Shown: positions 7,586 through 16,802 of the stretch, in pieces
Layout of the letters: the number at the start of each line of letters is the position of its first letter
Position numbering within the stretch: position 1 is the stretch's first letter
Assembly (NCBI GenBank): GCA_031409655.1
Contig: JANNXQ010000132.1
Location: 1-16,802, forward strand
From: Chthoniobacteraceae bacterium
GTDB lineage: Bacteria > Verrucomicrobiota > Verrucomicrobiia > Chthoniobacterales > Chthoniobacteraceae
Reading direction: 5' to 3'
DNA length: 16,802 bases
Position numbers and translations under genes: made by a program
The notes under the pieces: generated by a model
What the model saw: the letters and a program-made list of their open reading frames with translations, nothing else
Database searches by the model: none
What the model was told of the DNA's origin: nothing

Positions 7586-7722
7586 GATGGAAATAAGGTG
7601 GTGCCAACCTTAGCAGGACGCTCACCCGACCTTGTCCAGAAGGGAACACGGCTTTGCCGCGACGAACTGGCGCGCGCCGGGCCCGATCCTGGCGCACCGC
7701 TGCGCGAAGATGGCGCGGAGCT

Positions 7723-9069
7723 TTAGGGCGATGCGATCGCGGCGGTCGGGAGTCGGCAGGGTTTGCCGCTGAGGTAGAGGGCGATCCGGGCGCGGCGGGC
7801 GTTGCTTTCTTTCGGACGATTTTCCGCCGTCGCGGCGATGGCCTTGTGGCCGGTCACGAGGGCGGCGGCGAAGTCGCCGAGTTCCGCCTGGGCGGCAGCG
7901 AGGGCGTCGAAGATGGCAGGATCTTCCTGCGGGGCCCGCGCGCTGGCTTCGTGGGCGAGGCGGCTGGCGCGGGCGCCGTCGCGGATTTCATCGTCCGGAC
8001 AGGTGGCGAGCAGCCAGGCCAGATGAATCCGGGCGGGCGCGGCGAGTTCCCCACCGGCCGTGAGCGCGGCGTCGAAGTCCTCGCGGGCGCGTCCATATTC
8101 CACCCGCTGCATCGAGAGCATCCCCCGCAGCAGGAGCGTCGGGGCATTTTGACCACCGACGAGGAGTGCCGTGTTGCAATCGCTGATCGCCGCAGCGACA
8201 TCGCCGAGGGCTGCGCGGATGGAGGCGCGCTCGTTGAAAGACGGTGCGCTGTTCGCATCGAAACGGATGGCCAGGTTCACGTCTTCGAGCGCGCGGAAAA
8301 GCTCGCCGCCCAATCGGCGGATCTGCGCGCGATAGGTGAGCGCCATGGCGTTCTGCGGATCGATGGCCAGGGCAGCGTCGAAATCCGCGAGCGCCTTCGG
8401 CATCGCCTGCTTCGCCAGCCACGCGCTGCCGCGGTGGTTGAGCGCGGCGACCTTTTTCGGATGCAACTCCAGAGCCACCGTGCAATCCGCGATGGCCGAG
8501 TCCCAGTCGTGCCGCCCGAGGTGAGCCTCGGCGCGCTGCGTCCAGGCCTCGGCAGCGCGCGGATCGAGGAGCAGCGCGGTGGAAAAATCATCGAGCGCGG
8601 CGTCCCCTTGCCCAAGGTCCAGCCGCGCCTTCCCACGGTCGAGGAAGACCTGCGCCTGCCGCGCATCGAGGGCGATCGCGCGATCGAAATCCGCGACCGC
8701 CGCCGCGGCTTCCCCATGCTCCAGGAGAAAGACGCCGCGCTGATTCCAGGCTTCGGTAAATTTCGGGTCGAGGGTCACTGCGGCGGTGAAATCTTGCAAC
8801 GCGGCCTCCCCATTTCCCTGCAATGCGTGGAGGCCGGCGCGGGCGAGATGATGCGGGGCGGCGGGCTTCTGGCGGATCGCTTGCGTCGCGATGCCGATCC
8901 CGCTTTCGAGATCGCCGGCGCGCACCGCATTTTCGATCGCGCGCAGGACGCGGTCGGGATTGGCCTTCATCTCGCTGGCGGCGCGCACCGGTCCCGCGCT
9001 GAGCAGGAGCGCCGTGAGAAGGAGCGTGGAGAAAACCGTGCGGACGGCCGTGGCAGAGGCAGGGATCAT
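7723..9069 (-). CDS. Secreted tetratricopeptide-repeat protein (448 aa from ATG 9069)
   Basis: Signal peptide (...STLLLTALLLSAGPVRA), multiple TPRs (A..DF..A..LDP....AW..RG) and a C-terminal LAWLLATCPDDEIRDG module. The start overlaps the upstream stop as ATGA. Confidence 0.9.
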   Translation of the reverse strand: MIPASATAVRTVFSTLLLTALLLSAGPVRAASEMKANPDRVLRAIENAVRAGDLESGIGIATQAIRQKPAAPHHLARAGLHALQGNGEAALQDFTAAVTLDPKFTEAWNQRGVFLLEHGEAAAAVADFDRAIALDARQAQVFLDRGKARLDLGQGDAALDDFSTALLLDPRAAEAWTQRAEAHLGRHDWDSAIADCTVALELHPKKVAALNHRGSAWLAKQAMPKALADFDAALAIDPQNAMALTYRAQIRRLGGELFRALEDVNLAIRFDANSAPSFNERASIRAALGDVAAAISDCNTALLVGGQNAPTLLLRGMLSMQRVEYGRAREDFDAALTAGGELAAPARIHLAWLLATCPDDEIRDGARASRLAHEASARAPQEDPAIFDALAAAQAELGDFAAALVTGHKAIAATAENRPKESNARRARIALYLSGKPCRLPTAAIASP

Positions 9070-10730
9070 CGCTTCGCGGATCTTTCGGGGGGTGCTGGCG
9101 GGAGACGCCACGGGGTGGCATTGCGGTACGTTTCGAGACGCTCGCGGCGGAGCCTGAGCACGGCAGTGTCCTCGGCGGCGGTGGCGTCCGCGGCGCGGAT
9201 GGCTGCTTCGATGGCTTCCGGAAAGCACTCGGTCTCCGCCAGCGCCGCCGCCAGGGCGTCCAGGATTGCCGGATTCGCGACGTCTTTTGCGGCCGCCTTC
9301 TGGGCCAGCTTCAAGGCGCGCACGCCGTCGCGAATGCCGTCGTCGGGACACGTCGCGAGGAGATAGGCGAGGGTCGCGAGAATCTCGGGCGGGAGTTCCA
9401 GTCCGTAGTGCAGCCCTTCCTCAAGGAGGTCGCGCGCGCGCCCGTAGTCTCCCGCCACGATGAGTTTTTCGGCAGGGGTCGTGGTCGTCGGTGCGACCTT
9501 TCGCTTTTGCGGCTCCGTGGCGTCGCGGGCGGTGGAGAGGCGATACGGCTTTCGGTTTTGGTAGAGTGCGAGGCGCTCGCGGCGGACCGTGAGATCCATT
9601 GGCGTGCGCGCATCGGTGGCTTGCAGCGCGAGTTCGGCAGTGGTCGTGGCCGTGGCAAAGTCCCCATTCGCGGCAGCGGCGGCAGCGAGGGCATCGAGCG
9701 CCGGCGGAGTGCGGTCGCCGTGCGTTTCGATGACCTCGCGGGCGAGTTTCAGGGCGCGAGCAGGATCGAGGAGGGATTCGTCGGGCGCCGTGGCGAGCAG
9801 CCACGCGAGGTGACGGCGCGGGGCGCCGGGCTCGACCCCGGGCTGCGCGATGGCGGCTTCGAGATCGGTGCGGGCCGCGCGGAAGTCGGTGTTTTGGATC
9901 TGCAAAAGGGCGCGCACGATCCGCGCGGAGGCGTGCTCGGGCTCGATCAAAAGCGCGGTGGTGCAGTCGCCGATCGCGCGGGGCAAGTCGCCGAGGGCGC
10001 CGCGGATCGCGGCCCGTTCGGTGTAAGCGTCCGCGGCATTGGCATCGACGCGGATGGCCGCGTCGGCATCGGCCAGCGCGCGGTCGAGGTCGCCGAGCCG
10101 GCGATGCCCTTGCGCCCGTGCCGTGAGGGCGAGTGGGTAGCGGGGCTTGATGGCCAGGATGGCATCGTAGTCGGCGACGGCTTCCTGAAGTTCGCCGATC
10201 TGCGCCCGGGCCGTCGCGCGATTGTGCAAGGCGGAGACCATCGTCGACTCGAGACGGAGCGCCGCGGTGCTGTCGGCGATGGCCGCGCCCCAGGCTTTGC
10301 GGCGGAGTTGCAGCACCGCGCGGGTCGCCCAGGCTTTCGGCTCTTTGGGGTCGGCTTTGACGGCGGCATCGAGGTCCGGGAGCGCCTTCTCATATTCACC
10401 GAGGAGCATCCGCGCCAGGCCGCGATCCCGCCAGGCCACGGCCAGCTTCGGATCGAGTTCCAACGCGCGGGTCAGGTCTTTGATCGCCTCCGGAAGCTCG
10501 CCCAACTCGCCCAGGATACCGCCGCGGATCGCGTAGTAGAGCGGCTTTGCGGTCTTCCGGAGGGCGACATCGACGATGGTCTTGGCGCGGATGAGGTCGC
10601 CCTCCAGCAGCACGGCCTCGACCTGCGCCACCACCGGATCGTCGCCGCCCGGTCGCTCGCGCGCTGCCCGGAGCACGGTCGCCGAGCCGAGCGCGGCGAG
10701 GAGCAGGAGGGTGCGAAAAGGAGCGGCCAT
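9066..10730 (-). CDS. Secreted tetratricopeptide-repeat protein (554 aa from ATG 10730; alternative start 10745)
   Basis: Signal peptide MAAPFRTLLLLAALGSATVLRA, a TPR array, and two copies of the LA(W/Y)LLATxPD module. Confidence 0.9.
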   Translation of the reverse strand: MAAPFRTLLLLAALGSATVLRAARERPGGDDPVVAQVEAVLLEGDLIRAKTIVDVALRKTAKPLYYAIRGGILGELGELPEAIKDLTRALELDPKLAVAWRDRGLARMLLGEYEKALPDLDAAVKADPKEPKAWATRAVLQLRRKAWGAAIADSTAALRLESTMVSALHNRATARAQIGELQEAVADYDAILAIKPRYPLALTARAQGHRRLGDLDRALADADAAIRVDANAADAYTERAAIRGALGDLPRAIGDCTTALLIEPEHASARIVRALLQIQNTDFRAARTDLEAAIAQPGVEPGAPRRHLAWLLATAPDESLLDPARALKLAREVIETHGDRTPPALDALAAAAAANGDFATATTTAELALQATDARTPMDLTVRRERLALYQNRKPYRLSTARDATEPQKRKVAPTTTTPAEKLIVAGDYGRARDLLEEGLHYGLELPPEILATLAYLLATCPDDGIRDGVRALKLAQKAAAKDVANPAILDALAAALAETECFPEAIEAAIRAADATAAEDTAVLRLRRERLETYRNATPWRLPPAPPERSAKR

Positions 10731-10885
10731 GGTGCGGGCGACCATACGCGGGAAGTCGCGCGCTCGGAAGCGCGAAGCGAACGCGGATCGAAAGGCAGCC
10801 GGGAAATTCCTGCCGGCTAAAAATGCGCAAGCGCTCGGCGTCGCGATTGACTCGCTCCCCGTTTCCCCGCGAGTCTGCACGTCCT

Positions 10886-11944
10886 ATGCCTTCGCTCTCC
10901 TTCTCCGACCCCGAGCGCACGATCGAGTTTGAATTCGTCCGCGCGACCGAAAATGCTGCCCTCAACTCGCTGCACTGGCTCGGCCGCGGCGACAAGGAGA
11001 GTGCCGATGCAGCGGCGTGCGACGCGATCTACGGGGTCTTCGATCTCGTGGACATCGCGGGCGAAGTGGTGATCGGCGAGGGTATCAAGGACAACGCCCC
11101 CGGCATCTTTCTCGGGGAGCATCTCGGCACGTGGCGGACCGGTTCGCCGCGCTTTGACATCGCCCTGGATCCGATCGACGGCACCAGCAACATCGCCGCC
11201 GGGATGCCGAACTCGATCTCCGTGATGGCCGCGAGCGAGGCGCACGAAGGCACCGGGCACACGATGAGAAATCTGCCGAGCTTTTACGCGCACAAGATGG
11301 CCTTCGGGCCGGCGGTCGTCGCGGCGATGGAGCATGGCATGGAAGAGATCGCGCTCGACGATCCCCTCGAGACGACGCTCGGCCGCGTGGCCACGGCGCT
11401 CGGCAAGCGCGTCGGCGAACTCGTCGTGATGACCATGAATCGTCCGCGGCACGCCGAACTCATCGCGAACATTCGCAAGATCGGCGCGTCCCTCCGCCTC
11501 ATCACCGACGGCGACATCACGGCCGCCGTCGCGCCCTCGCTCCCCGACTCCGGCATCGACTTTTTCGTCGGCATCGGCGGATCGCCCGAGGGCATCCTCA
11601 CTGCCGCGGCGCTGAAGGCTCTCGGCGGCGAAATGCTCCTGCGGATGTGGCCCCGGGACGCCGAAGAGCGCGCCCGCCTGCTCACCGAGACCACCGAAGC
11701 GGAGCTCGCTCGCGTCTTCCGCACCGACGATCTCGTGCGGGGCGACAGCGCCATCTTCTGCGCCACCGGCATCAGCGACAGTTCGCTCCTCCCCGGGGTG
11801 AAACTCGTGGGTAAGAAGGCCATCACCAGCTCCATCCTGATGCGCTCGAAGAGCCGCACCGTGCGTTACATCCGCGCCGTGCATGATCTCGAGGCGAAGA
11901 CCATCCACCTGCGCAGCGTGAAGCGGGATGCGAAGGTGGGCTGA
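10886..11944 (+). CDS. glpX: Class II fructose-1,6-bisphosphatase
   Basis: FVRATENAAL, GRGDKESADAAA, VVIGEG, DIALDPIDGT, RPRH, LITDGD, GIGGSPEG and ATGISD are GlpX signatures. Confidence 0.95.
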   Translation: MPSLSFSDPERTIEFEFVRATENAALNSLHWLGRGDKESADAAACDAIYGVFDLVDIAGEVVIGEGIKDNAPGIFLGEHLGTWRTGSPRFDIALDPIDGTSNIAAGMPNSISVMAASEAHEGTGHTMRNLPSFYAHKMAFGPAVVAAMEHGMEEIALDDPLETTLGRVATALGKRVGELVVMTMNRPRHAELIANIRKIGASLRLITDGDITAAVAPSLPDSGIDFFVGIGGSPEGILTAAALKALGGEMLLRMWPRDAEERARLLTETTEAELARVFRTDDLVRGDSAIFCATGISDSSLLPGVKLVGKKAITSSILMRSKSRTVRYIRAVHDLEAKTIHLRSVKRDAKVG

Positions 11945-12062
11945 CGCCGGCGGAAATGGCGACGCGTGCTGTGTAGATTGTTGCCGCTTACCGTCCCCCA
12001 CCGGCGTATCGAACATCGTCATTGAGTAACACCCACCAGTCCCTTTCCTCAAAACCAGCATC

Positions 12063-12782
12063 GTGCGCGTCACTCTTTTTATCCCTTGTTTCATCGACTC
12101 CATCTACCCGCATGTCGGGGCGGCGATCGTCGAAGTGCTCGAGGGTCTCGGGCACACCATCGACTACCCCGAGGCGCAGACCTGCTGCGGCCAGCCGCCC
12201 TTCAATTCCGGCTACTGGGATGAAGCGCGCGCGGTGGCGCGCCGGCAGCTCCGCGTCTTCCGCGATGCGGAGGTCGTGGTGAGCGCGTCGGGTTCGTGCG
12301 GCGCGATGTATAAGAAATTTTACCCCGAGCTTTTCGAGCATCAACCCGAGGAGGCCGAGGCCAAGGCGCTGGGTGCAAAGACCTGGGAGTTCAGCGAGTT
12401 CCTCGTCACGAAACTCGGCGTGCGCGATGTCGGCGCGCGTTTCGAGGGCAAGGTCACTTTCCACGATGGCTGCCACGGCCTTCGCGAACTCGGCACCCGC
12501 GAAGCTCCGCGCACCCTGCTCCGGGCAGTGCAGGGTCTCGAACTCGTGGAGATGAACGAAGGCGAATCCTGCTGCGGATTTGGTGGCACTTTTGCGGTAA
12601 AGTATCCGCAAATCTCGACGGCGATGGCCGAGGTGAAGTGCAACGCCATCCTCGATACCGGCGTCGAGACGGTGGTCAGCAATGACTCGAGCTGCCTCAT
12701 GCAGATCCAGGGCTGGCTCGATCGCAATGGCCGGCGCGTGGTGAAAAGCATGCACCTCGCGGAAGTCCTCGTGCGACGCTGA
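12063..12782 (+). CDS. lutA: Lactate utilisation protein A (LutA/LldE/YkgE, CCG-domain Fe-S protein)
   Basis: LFIPCFID, QTCCGQP, SGSC, FHDGCH, CCGFGGTF and DSSCLMQI motifs. First gene of the canonical triad. Confidence 0.93.
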   Translation: MRVTLFIPCFIDSIYPHVGAAIVEVLEGLGHTIDYPEAQTCCGQPPFNSGYWDEARAVARRQLRVFRDAEVVVSASGSCGAMYKKFYPELFEHQPEEAEAKALGAKTWEFSEFLVTKLGVRDVGARFEGKVTFHDGCHGLRELGTREAPRTLLRAVQGLELVEMNEGESCCGFGGTFAVKYPQISTAMAEVKCNAILDTGVETVVSNDSSCLMQIQGWLDRNGRRVVKSMHLAEVLVRR

Positions 12783-12801
12783 AGAAACTCCCGCGCCTTT
12801 C

Positions 12802-14205
12802 ATGTCCGCCGTTACGCAATTTCATACCGACTCCGATCGCACCACCGCCGATGATCCGCGCCGCGCTGCGGTGCGCAAGGCGCTGGGCAACTACCAGACC
12901 GCGCGCGGCAAGACGGAGAGCGCCTTCACGAGCTGGCAGCACGCGCGCGATGCGGCAGCGGAGATCAAGTACGACGGGCTGCACCGGCTCGACGAAATCC
13001 TGACGGAGTTTGAGGCCAAGTTCACCGCGCACGGCGGGAAGGTTTTCTGGGCGAGCAATGCGGCGCAGGCGCGCGAGTACATCCTGAAGCTCGCGGAGGA
13101 AAAGGGCGTCAAGTCGATCGTCAAATCGAAGGCGATGACCAGCGAGGAGATCCACCTCAATGAAGCGCTGGAGAAAGCGGGCTACGGCGTCATCGAGAGC
13201 GATCTCGGCGAATTCATCCAGCAACTCCTGCACGAGCCGCCGTATCACTTCGTCTTCCCGTGCATGCATCTGAAGCGCGAGGAGATCAGCGCGCTTTTCG
13301 AACGCGAACTCGGCAGCGCGAAGACCGACTCGCCCGAGGAACTGACGATGATCGCCCGCCGTTTCATGCGCCGCCATTACATCGAGGCGGACATGGGTAT
13401 CTCCGGGGCCAACTTTATCGTCGCCGAGACCGGCATGATCTCGATCACCGAAAATGAGGGGAACGCGCGGCTGACCACGGCGCTGCCGAAAATTCACGTC
13501 GCGCTCGTCGGGATCGAGAAAGTGCTGCCGAAACTCGCCGACCTCGCCCTTTTCCTGCCGATGCTCGCCACCGCCGGCACGGGACAAAATCTGACCTGCT
13601 ACAACTCGATGTACGGCGGCCCGCGTCTGCCTGGCGAGACGGATGGACCGGAGGAATTTCACGTCGTGCTGCTCGACAACCACCGCACCCGGCTGCTCGC
13701 CGACGCCCAGCAGCGCGACGCCCTCGGCTGCATCCGCTGCGGCGCGTGCCTGAACGTCTGCCCCATTTTCAAAAACATCGGTGGGCACGCTTACGGCACC
13801 ACCTACCAGGGGCCGATCGGCTCCGTGATCACGCCGCACTTCCGCGGCTTGCAGGATTGGAAACATCTCAGCGGCGCGTCCTCCCTCTGCGGCGCTTGCA
13901 CGGAAGCCTGTCCGGTGAAGATCGACATCCATCACCACCTCCTGCACAACCGCCGCAACGCCATGCAGGAGAAGCCGCGCTGGTTGGAAAAGATGCTTTG
14001 GATCGGCTTCAAGTGGCTCATGCAAAGGCCCACGCTCTATGCCGCCGGGATGCGTCTCGCGCCGCTCGGGCAAAAGCTCCTGCCGCTCGTCATGGGCACA
14101 CCGCTCAATCCCATGGCCGCCTGGACGAACACCCGCGAAATTCCCGAGACTTCGCCCGTGCCCTTCCGCGACTGGATGCGCAATCGGAAAGGTGCGAAGA
14201 AATGA
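12802..14205 (+). CDS. lutB: Lactate utilisation protein B (LutB/LldF/YkgF, Fe-S protein)
   Basis: VKSKAMTSEEI, ESDLGEFI, ENEGN, CIRCGACLNVCP and SSLCGACTEACPVKI. Confidence 0.95.
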   Translation: MSAVTQFHTDSDRTTADDPRRAAVRKALGNYQTARGKTESAFTSWQHARDAAAEIKYDGLHRLDEILTEFEAKFTAHGGKVFWASNAAQAREYILKLAEEKGVKSIVKSKAMTSEEIHLNEALEKAGYGVIESDLGEFIQQLLHEPPYHFVFPCMHLKREEISALFERELGSAKTDSPEELTMIARRFMRRHYIEADMGISGANFIVAETGMISITENEGNARLTTALPKIHVALVGIEKVLPKLADLALFLPMLATAGTGQNLTCYNSMYGGPRLPGETDGPEEFHVVLLDNHRTRLLADAQQRDALGCIRCGACLNVCPIFKNIGGHAYGTTYQGPIGSVITPHFRGLQDWKHLSGASSLCGACTEACPVKIDIHHHLLHNRRNAMQEKPRWLEKMLWIGFKWLMQRPTLYAAGMRLAPLGQKLLPLVMGTPLNPMAAWTNTREIPETSPVPFRDWMRNRKGAKK

Positions 14206-14894
14206 CCGGCGATCGCGAAGCCATCCTCGGCCGCATCCGCGAAGCTCTCCGCGAGCCTGCTCCGCGGCATCACGATAAACCCGAGCCCCTGCCCGCTGGC
14301 TCGCTCGCCTCCGCGACCTTCCGCGAATGGCTGCCACCGGTGCAGCCCCAGCTCGAGGAGCGCATCGCCCTTTTCGCCAAACTCTCCGAAATGCTGCGCA
14401 CCGAGTTTGTGCAATGCAGCACCGCCGAAGCCGCTGCGACCCACATCGCCGCGCTGGCCAGCGCCGAGTCCTGGACGCGCATCGGGCGGCACGCCGGCGA
14501 ACTTTGCGACACCATCGCCGCCGACTTACCCTCCACTCTCGGGCAACTCAAGACCGACGCCGGCTATGACAAACGCGAACTCGAAGCGTGCGATGCTGGC
14601 TTCACGGAATGTGAATGCCTCGTTGCGCAGACCGGCAGCGTCTGCGTCACCGCGCCAAGTTCCGGAGGTCGCGCCCTCAGCGTCCTCCCGCCGCACCACA
14701 TCGTCATCGCGCGCCAGAGTCAGGTCGTCCCCGACCTCACCGCCGCCTACGAGTTACTCGCCGCCAAGTATCGCGGCACTTACCCCAGCTTCATCTCCTT
14801 CATCACCGGGCCCAGCCGCACCGGCGACATCGAGCGCATCCTCGTACTAGGAGCCCACGGCCCAAAAAAGCTCACCGTCCTGCTGATCCCGTAG
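14202..14894 (+). CDS. lutC: Lactate utilisation protein C (LutC/LldG/YkgG, LUD domain)
   Basis: The start overlaps the lutB stop (ATGA). Motifs REAILGRIREAL, GRALSVLPPHH and FITGPSRTGDIE...LGAHGPK. Confidence 0.93.
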   Translation: MTGDREAILGRIREALREPAPRHHDKPEPLPAGSLASATFREWLPPVQPQLEERIALFAKLSEMLRTEFVQCSTAEAAATHIAALASAESWTRIGRHAGELCDTIAADLPSTLGQLKTDAGYDKRELEACDAGFTECECLVAQTGSVCVTAPSSGGRALSVLPPHHIVIARQSQVVPDLTAAYELLAAKYRGTYPSFISFITGPSRTGDIERILVLGAHGPKKLTVLLIP

Positions 14895-14917
14895 TTGGGA
14901 GGCCACAGAACGATCGG

Positions 14918-15004
14918 ACCACAGATAACGCAGATAACACAGATCAAAGAAAACGGACGGGGCCATCCCATCCTCTTATCCGTGCGATCTGTGTCATCTA
15001 TCGT
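14918..15004. repeat. Intergenic inverted repeat built of three 9-bp units per arm
   Basis: Left arm ACCACAGAT-AACGCAGAT-AACACAGAT, right arm ATCCGTGCG-ATCTGTGTC-ATCTATCGT. It lies between convergent lutC and ribBA. Confidence 0.75.
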
Positions 15005-15039
15005 CTGTCGTTCTGCGCCATCCCAGTCCCATCGCCCGG

Positions 15040-16248
15040 TTAAAGCAGGTGACCCATCTTTACCCGCTTGGTCTCAAGATACTTTGCGTTGTGCCGGTTC
15101 GGGAGGGATTTGATCGGTACCACTTCCACGATCTTTAGGCCGTAACCTTCAAGGCCGATGACTTTCTTCGGGTTATTCGTCAGGAAGCGCATCTTCCGCA
15201 CCCCGAGATCAAAGAGGATCTGCGCCCCGAGCCCGTAGTCGCGCAACTCCGCGGGGAAGCCGAGTTTCTCGTTGGCCTCCACGGTATCGAGGCCCTGCTC
15301 CTGGAGCTTGTAGGCGTGGATCTTGGCCGGCAGGCCGATGCCGCGCCCTTCATGCTGGCGCATGTAAAGGAGCACGCCCGTGCCCGCCGCCTCGATCTGC
15401 TGCATCGCCAGGTGGAGCTGGCTGCCGCAATCACAGCGCTGCGAACCGAAGACATCGCCCGTGAGACATTCGCTGTGGACGCGCACCAGCGTGTGTTTCT
15501 TCGGCGAGATGGTGCCTTTCACCAGCGCGAGGTGATGGCTGCCATCCACCACCGAGCGATACATGTGCAGGTCAAATTCGCCGTAATCCGTCGGCAGCTT
15601 CACCACTTGCTCGCGTTCCACCAGCCGCTCGCTGCTCCGGCGATACGCGATGAGATCGCGGATCGAGCACAGCTTCAGCCGATGCTTCTTGCGAAACTTC
15701 AGCAACTCCGGCAGCCGCGCCATGGTGCCATCGGCCTTGAGGATTTCGCAAAGCACCCCAGCCGGCGCCAGCCCGGCGAGCCGCGCGAGATCCACGCTCG
15801 CCTCGGTATGCCCCGCCCGGCGCAGCACCCCGCCCGCCTTGGCGCGCAGCGGAAAGACGTGGCCCGGCTGCACCAGATCCTGCGGGCGAGCCGTCGGATC
15901 GACGAGCATCGCGATGGTCCGCGCGCGATCCGGGGCGCTGATGCCTGTGGTGATCCCCGCCGTCGCATCCACGGAGACCGTGAAATCCGTCCGATAACTC
16001 TCCCGATTCTCCAGCACCATGCGCTGCAGCCCGAGCTGCTCCGCGCGTTCATCCGTGATCGGCACACAGATCAGCCCGCGCCCATGCATGGCCATGAAAT
16101 TGACCGCTTCCGGCGTCACCTTCTCCGCCGCCATCACCAGATCGCCCTCATTCTCCCGATCTTCATCGTCCGTCACCACCACGAGTTTACCGGCACGGAT
16201 GTCGCGGAGGACGTCTTCGATGGGATCAAACTGCGTAGGCGCGGGCAT
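15040..16248 (-). CDS. ribBA: Bifunctional 3,4-dihydroxy-2-butanone 4-phosphate synthase / GTP cyclohydrolase II
   Basis: RibB motifs [17 protein letters not shown] and RAGHTE; RibA motifs [24 protein letters not shown] and TNNPKK. True start at ATG 16248 (MPAPTQFD). Confidence 0.97.
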   Translation of the reverse strand: MPAPTQFDPIEDVLRDIRAGKLVVVTDDEDRENEGDLVMAAEKVTPEAVNFMAMHGRGLICVPITDERAEQLGLQRMVLENRESYRTDFTVSVDATAGITTGISAPDRARTIAMLVDPTARPQDLVQPGHVFPLRAKAGGVLRRAGHTEASVDLARLAGLAPAGVLCEILKADGTMARLPELLKFRKKHRLKLCSIRDLIAYRRSSERLVEREQVVKLPTDYGEFDLHMYRSVVDGSHHLALVKGTISPKKHTLVRVHSECLTGDVFGSQRCDCGSQLHLAMQQIEAAGTGVLLYMRQHEGRGIGLPAKIHAYKLQEQGLDTVEANEKLGFPAELRDYGLGAQILFDLGVRKMRFLTNNPKKVIGLEGYGLKIVEVVPIKSLPNRHNAKYLETKRVKMGHLL

Positions 16249-16301
16249 GGGGTCGGGAATATGGGCGGCGCGTCCGAGCGAGGAAAGGGGAGAGTTGCGG
16301 C

Positions 16302-16561
16302 CACCCTCGCGCGGAGGCCGTTTCCGGAGTTGCAAGACATGGCCGGATGGTTCGGCTGTGAGGTCACGGTTTACCCGATCATCTCCAGCGCAAGATCGTG
16401 ACTCCTTGATCCGCCACCACTCCGAGATGATGCAGCGCCTCGGCGTGGTCTGGCGCAACGGCGAGGATCTGCCGGTAAAGCTCCTCCGCCTCCGGCAGTC
16501 GCCCGGTCCGGTGCTGCTGGAGCGCCAACTCAAAGGCCTGCGGAATCGTGAGGGGCGGCAT
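16302..16561 (-). pseudogene. Decayed N-terminal fragment of a TPR protein (frameshift, nonsense codon and truncation)
   Basis: [53 protein letters not shown], then after a frameshift [31 protein letters not shown], which continues the TPR consensus. The in-frame TAA is at 16371-16373. Confidence 0.8.
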
Positions 16562-16594
16562 CAAATGTCCGAACGACCGAGCGGCCGCTGACCC

Positions 16595-16801
16595 TTAGTC
16601 TTCGCGGACCTTGGCCTTTTTTGCCTCGGCGTCGTCGTTGATCCGGCGGATTTCGCGGGCGAGTTGCTGGTCGAGTTCCAGCACTTCGTCAAATTTCCCC
16701 GCGGCCTCGGCCTTGGCGATCTCGCCTTTCAGGAAGACTTCTTTCTCGGCGAGCTTGGCCTTGGCGAGATTGTCGATTTCGGCGATTTGCGCCTTTTGTT
16801 C
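16595..16801 (-). CDS. Partial (5'-truncated by the window) alpha-helical hypothetical protein
   Basis: Hand translation gives EQKAQIAEIDNLAKAKLAEKEVFLKGEIAKAEAAGKFDEVLELDQQLAREIRRINDDAEAKKAKVRED*. It has genome-typical codon usage and is absent from the ORF track because the start lies outside the window. Confidence 0.8.
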   Translation of the reverse strand, partial: EQKAQIAEIDNLAKAKLAEKEVFLKGEIAKAEAAGKFDEVLELDQQLAREIRRINDDAEAKKAKVRED

Positions 16802-16802
16802 G

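Noticed and set aside
7590..7620. CIRCE or sigma-54 element upstream of clpB
   Set aside because: Only fragments are present (GTGCCAA, TTAGCA, TGGCAC). The CIRCE order and 9-bp spacing are wrong, and the -12 TTGC is missing.
16249..16533. N-terminal extension of RibBA, or an FMN riboswitch upstream of it
   Set aside because: The region is explained by the TPR pseudogene in other frames, and no FMN riboswitch consensus was recognised.
4991..16591. Long antisense or alternate-frame ORFs (e.g. 7654-9366+, 9408-10820+, 10817-12103-, 12697-14337-, 15316-16401+)
   Set aside because: They are shadow ORFs of well-supported genes, expected in high-GC DNA, and show no independent motifs.

Overview
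High-GC window, probably from a Verrucomicrobiota (Chthoniobacter-like) chromosome; the taxon is inferred from gene style and repeat types, not proven. The left ~4.9 kb is an accessory region. It holds an integron: intI at 1573-2547 (+) and a divergent, lower-GC cassette array running off the left edge, with a clear attC at 601-725 fused to a second degenerate attC at 724-814. Cassette ORFs are a secreted YciI-like protein, a hypothetical protein and an inverted DUF4177-like gene. Next come two 165-bp REPIN-like multi-hairpin repeats bracketing a membrane-protein gene, a small ORF plus nucleotidyltransferase pair, and a 15 x 21-bp degenerate tandem array. The rest is mostly core genome: clpB, two tandem secreted TPR paralogues, glpX, lutABC, an intergenic 9-bp-unit inverted repeat, ribBA, a decayed TPR pseudogene and a partial hypothetical CDS. 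All calls were made by eye, without database searches.
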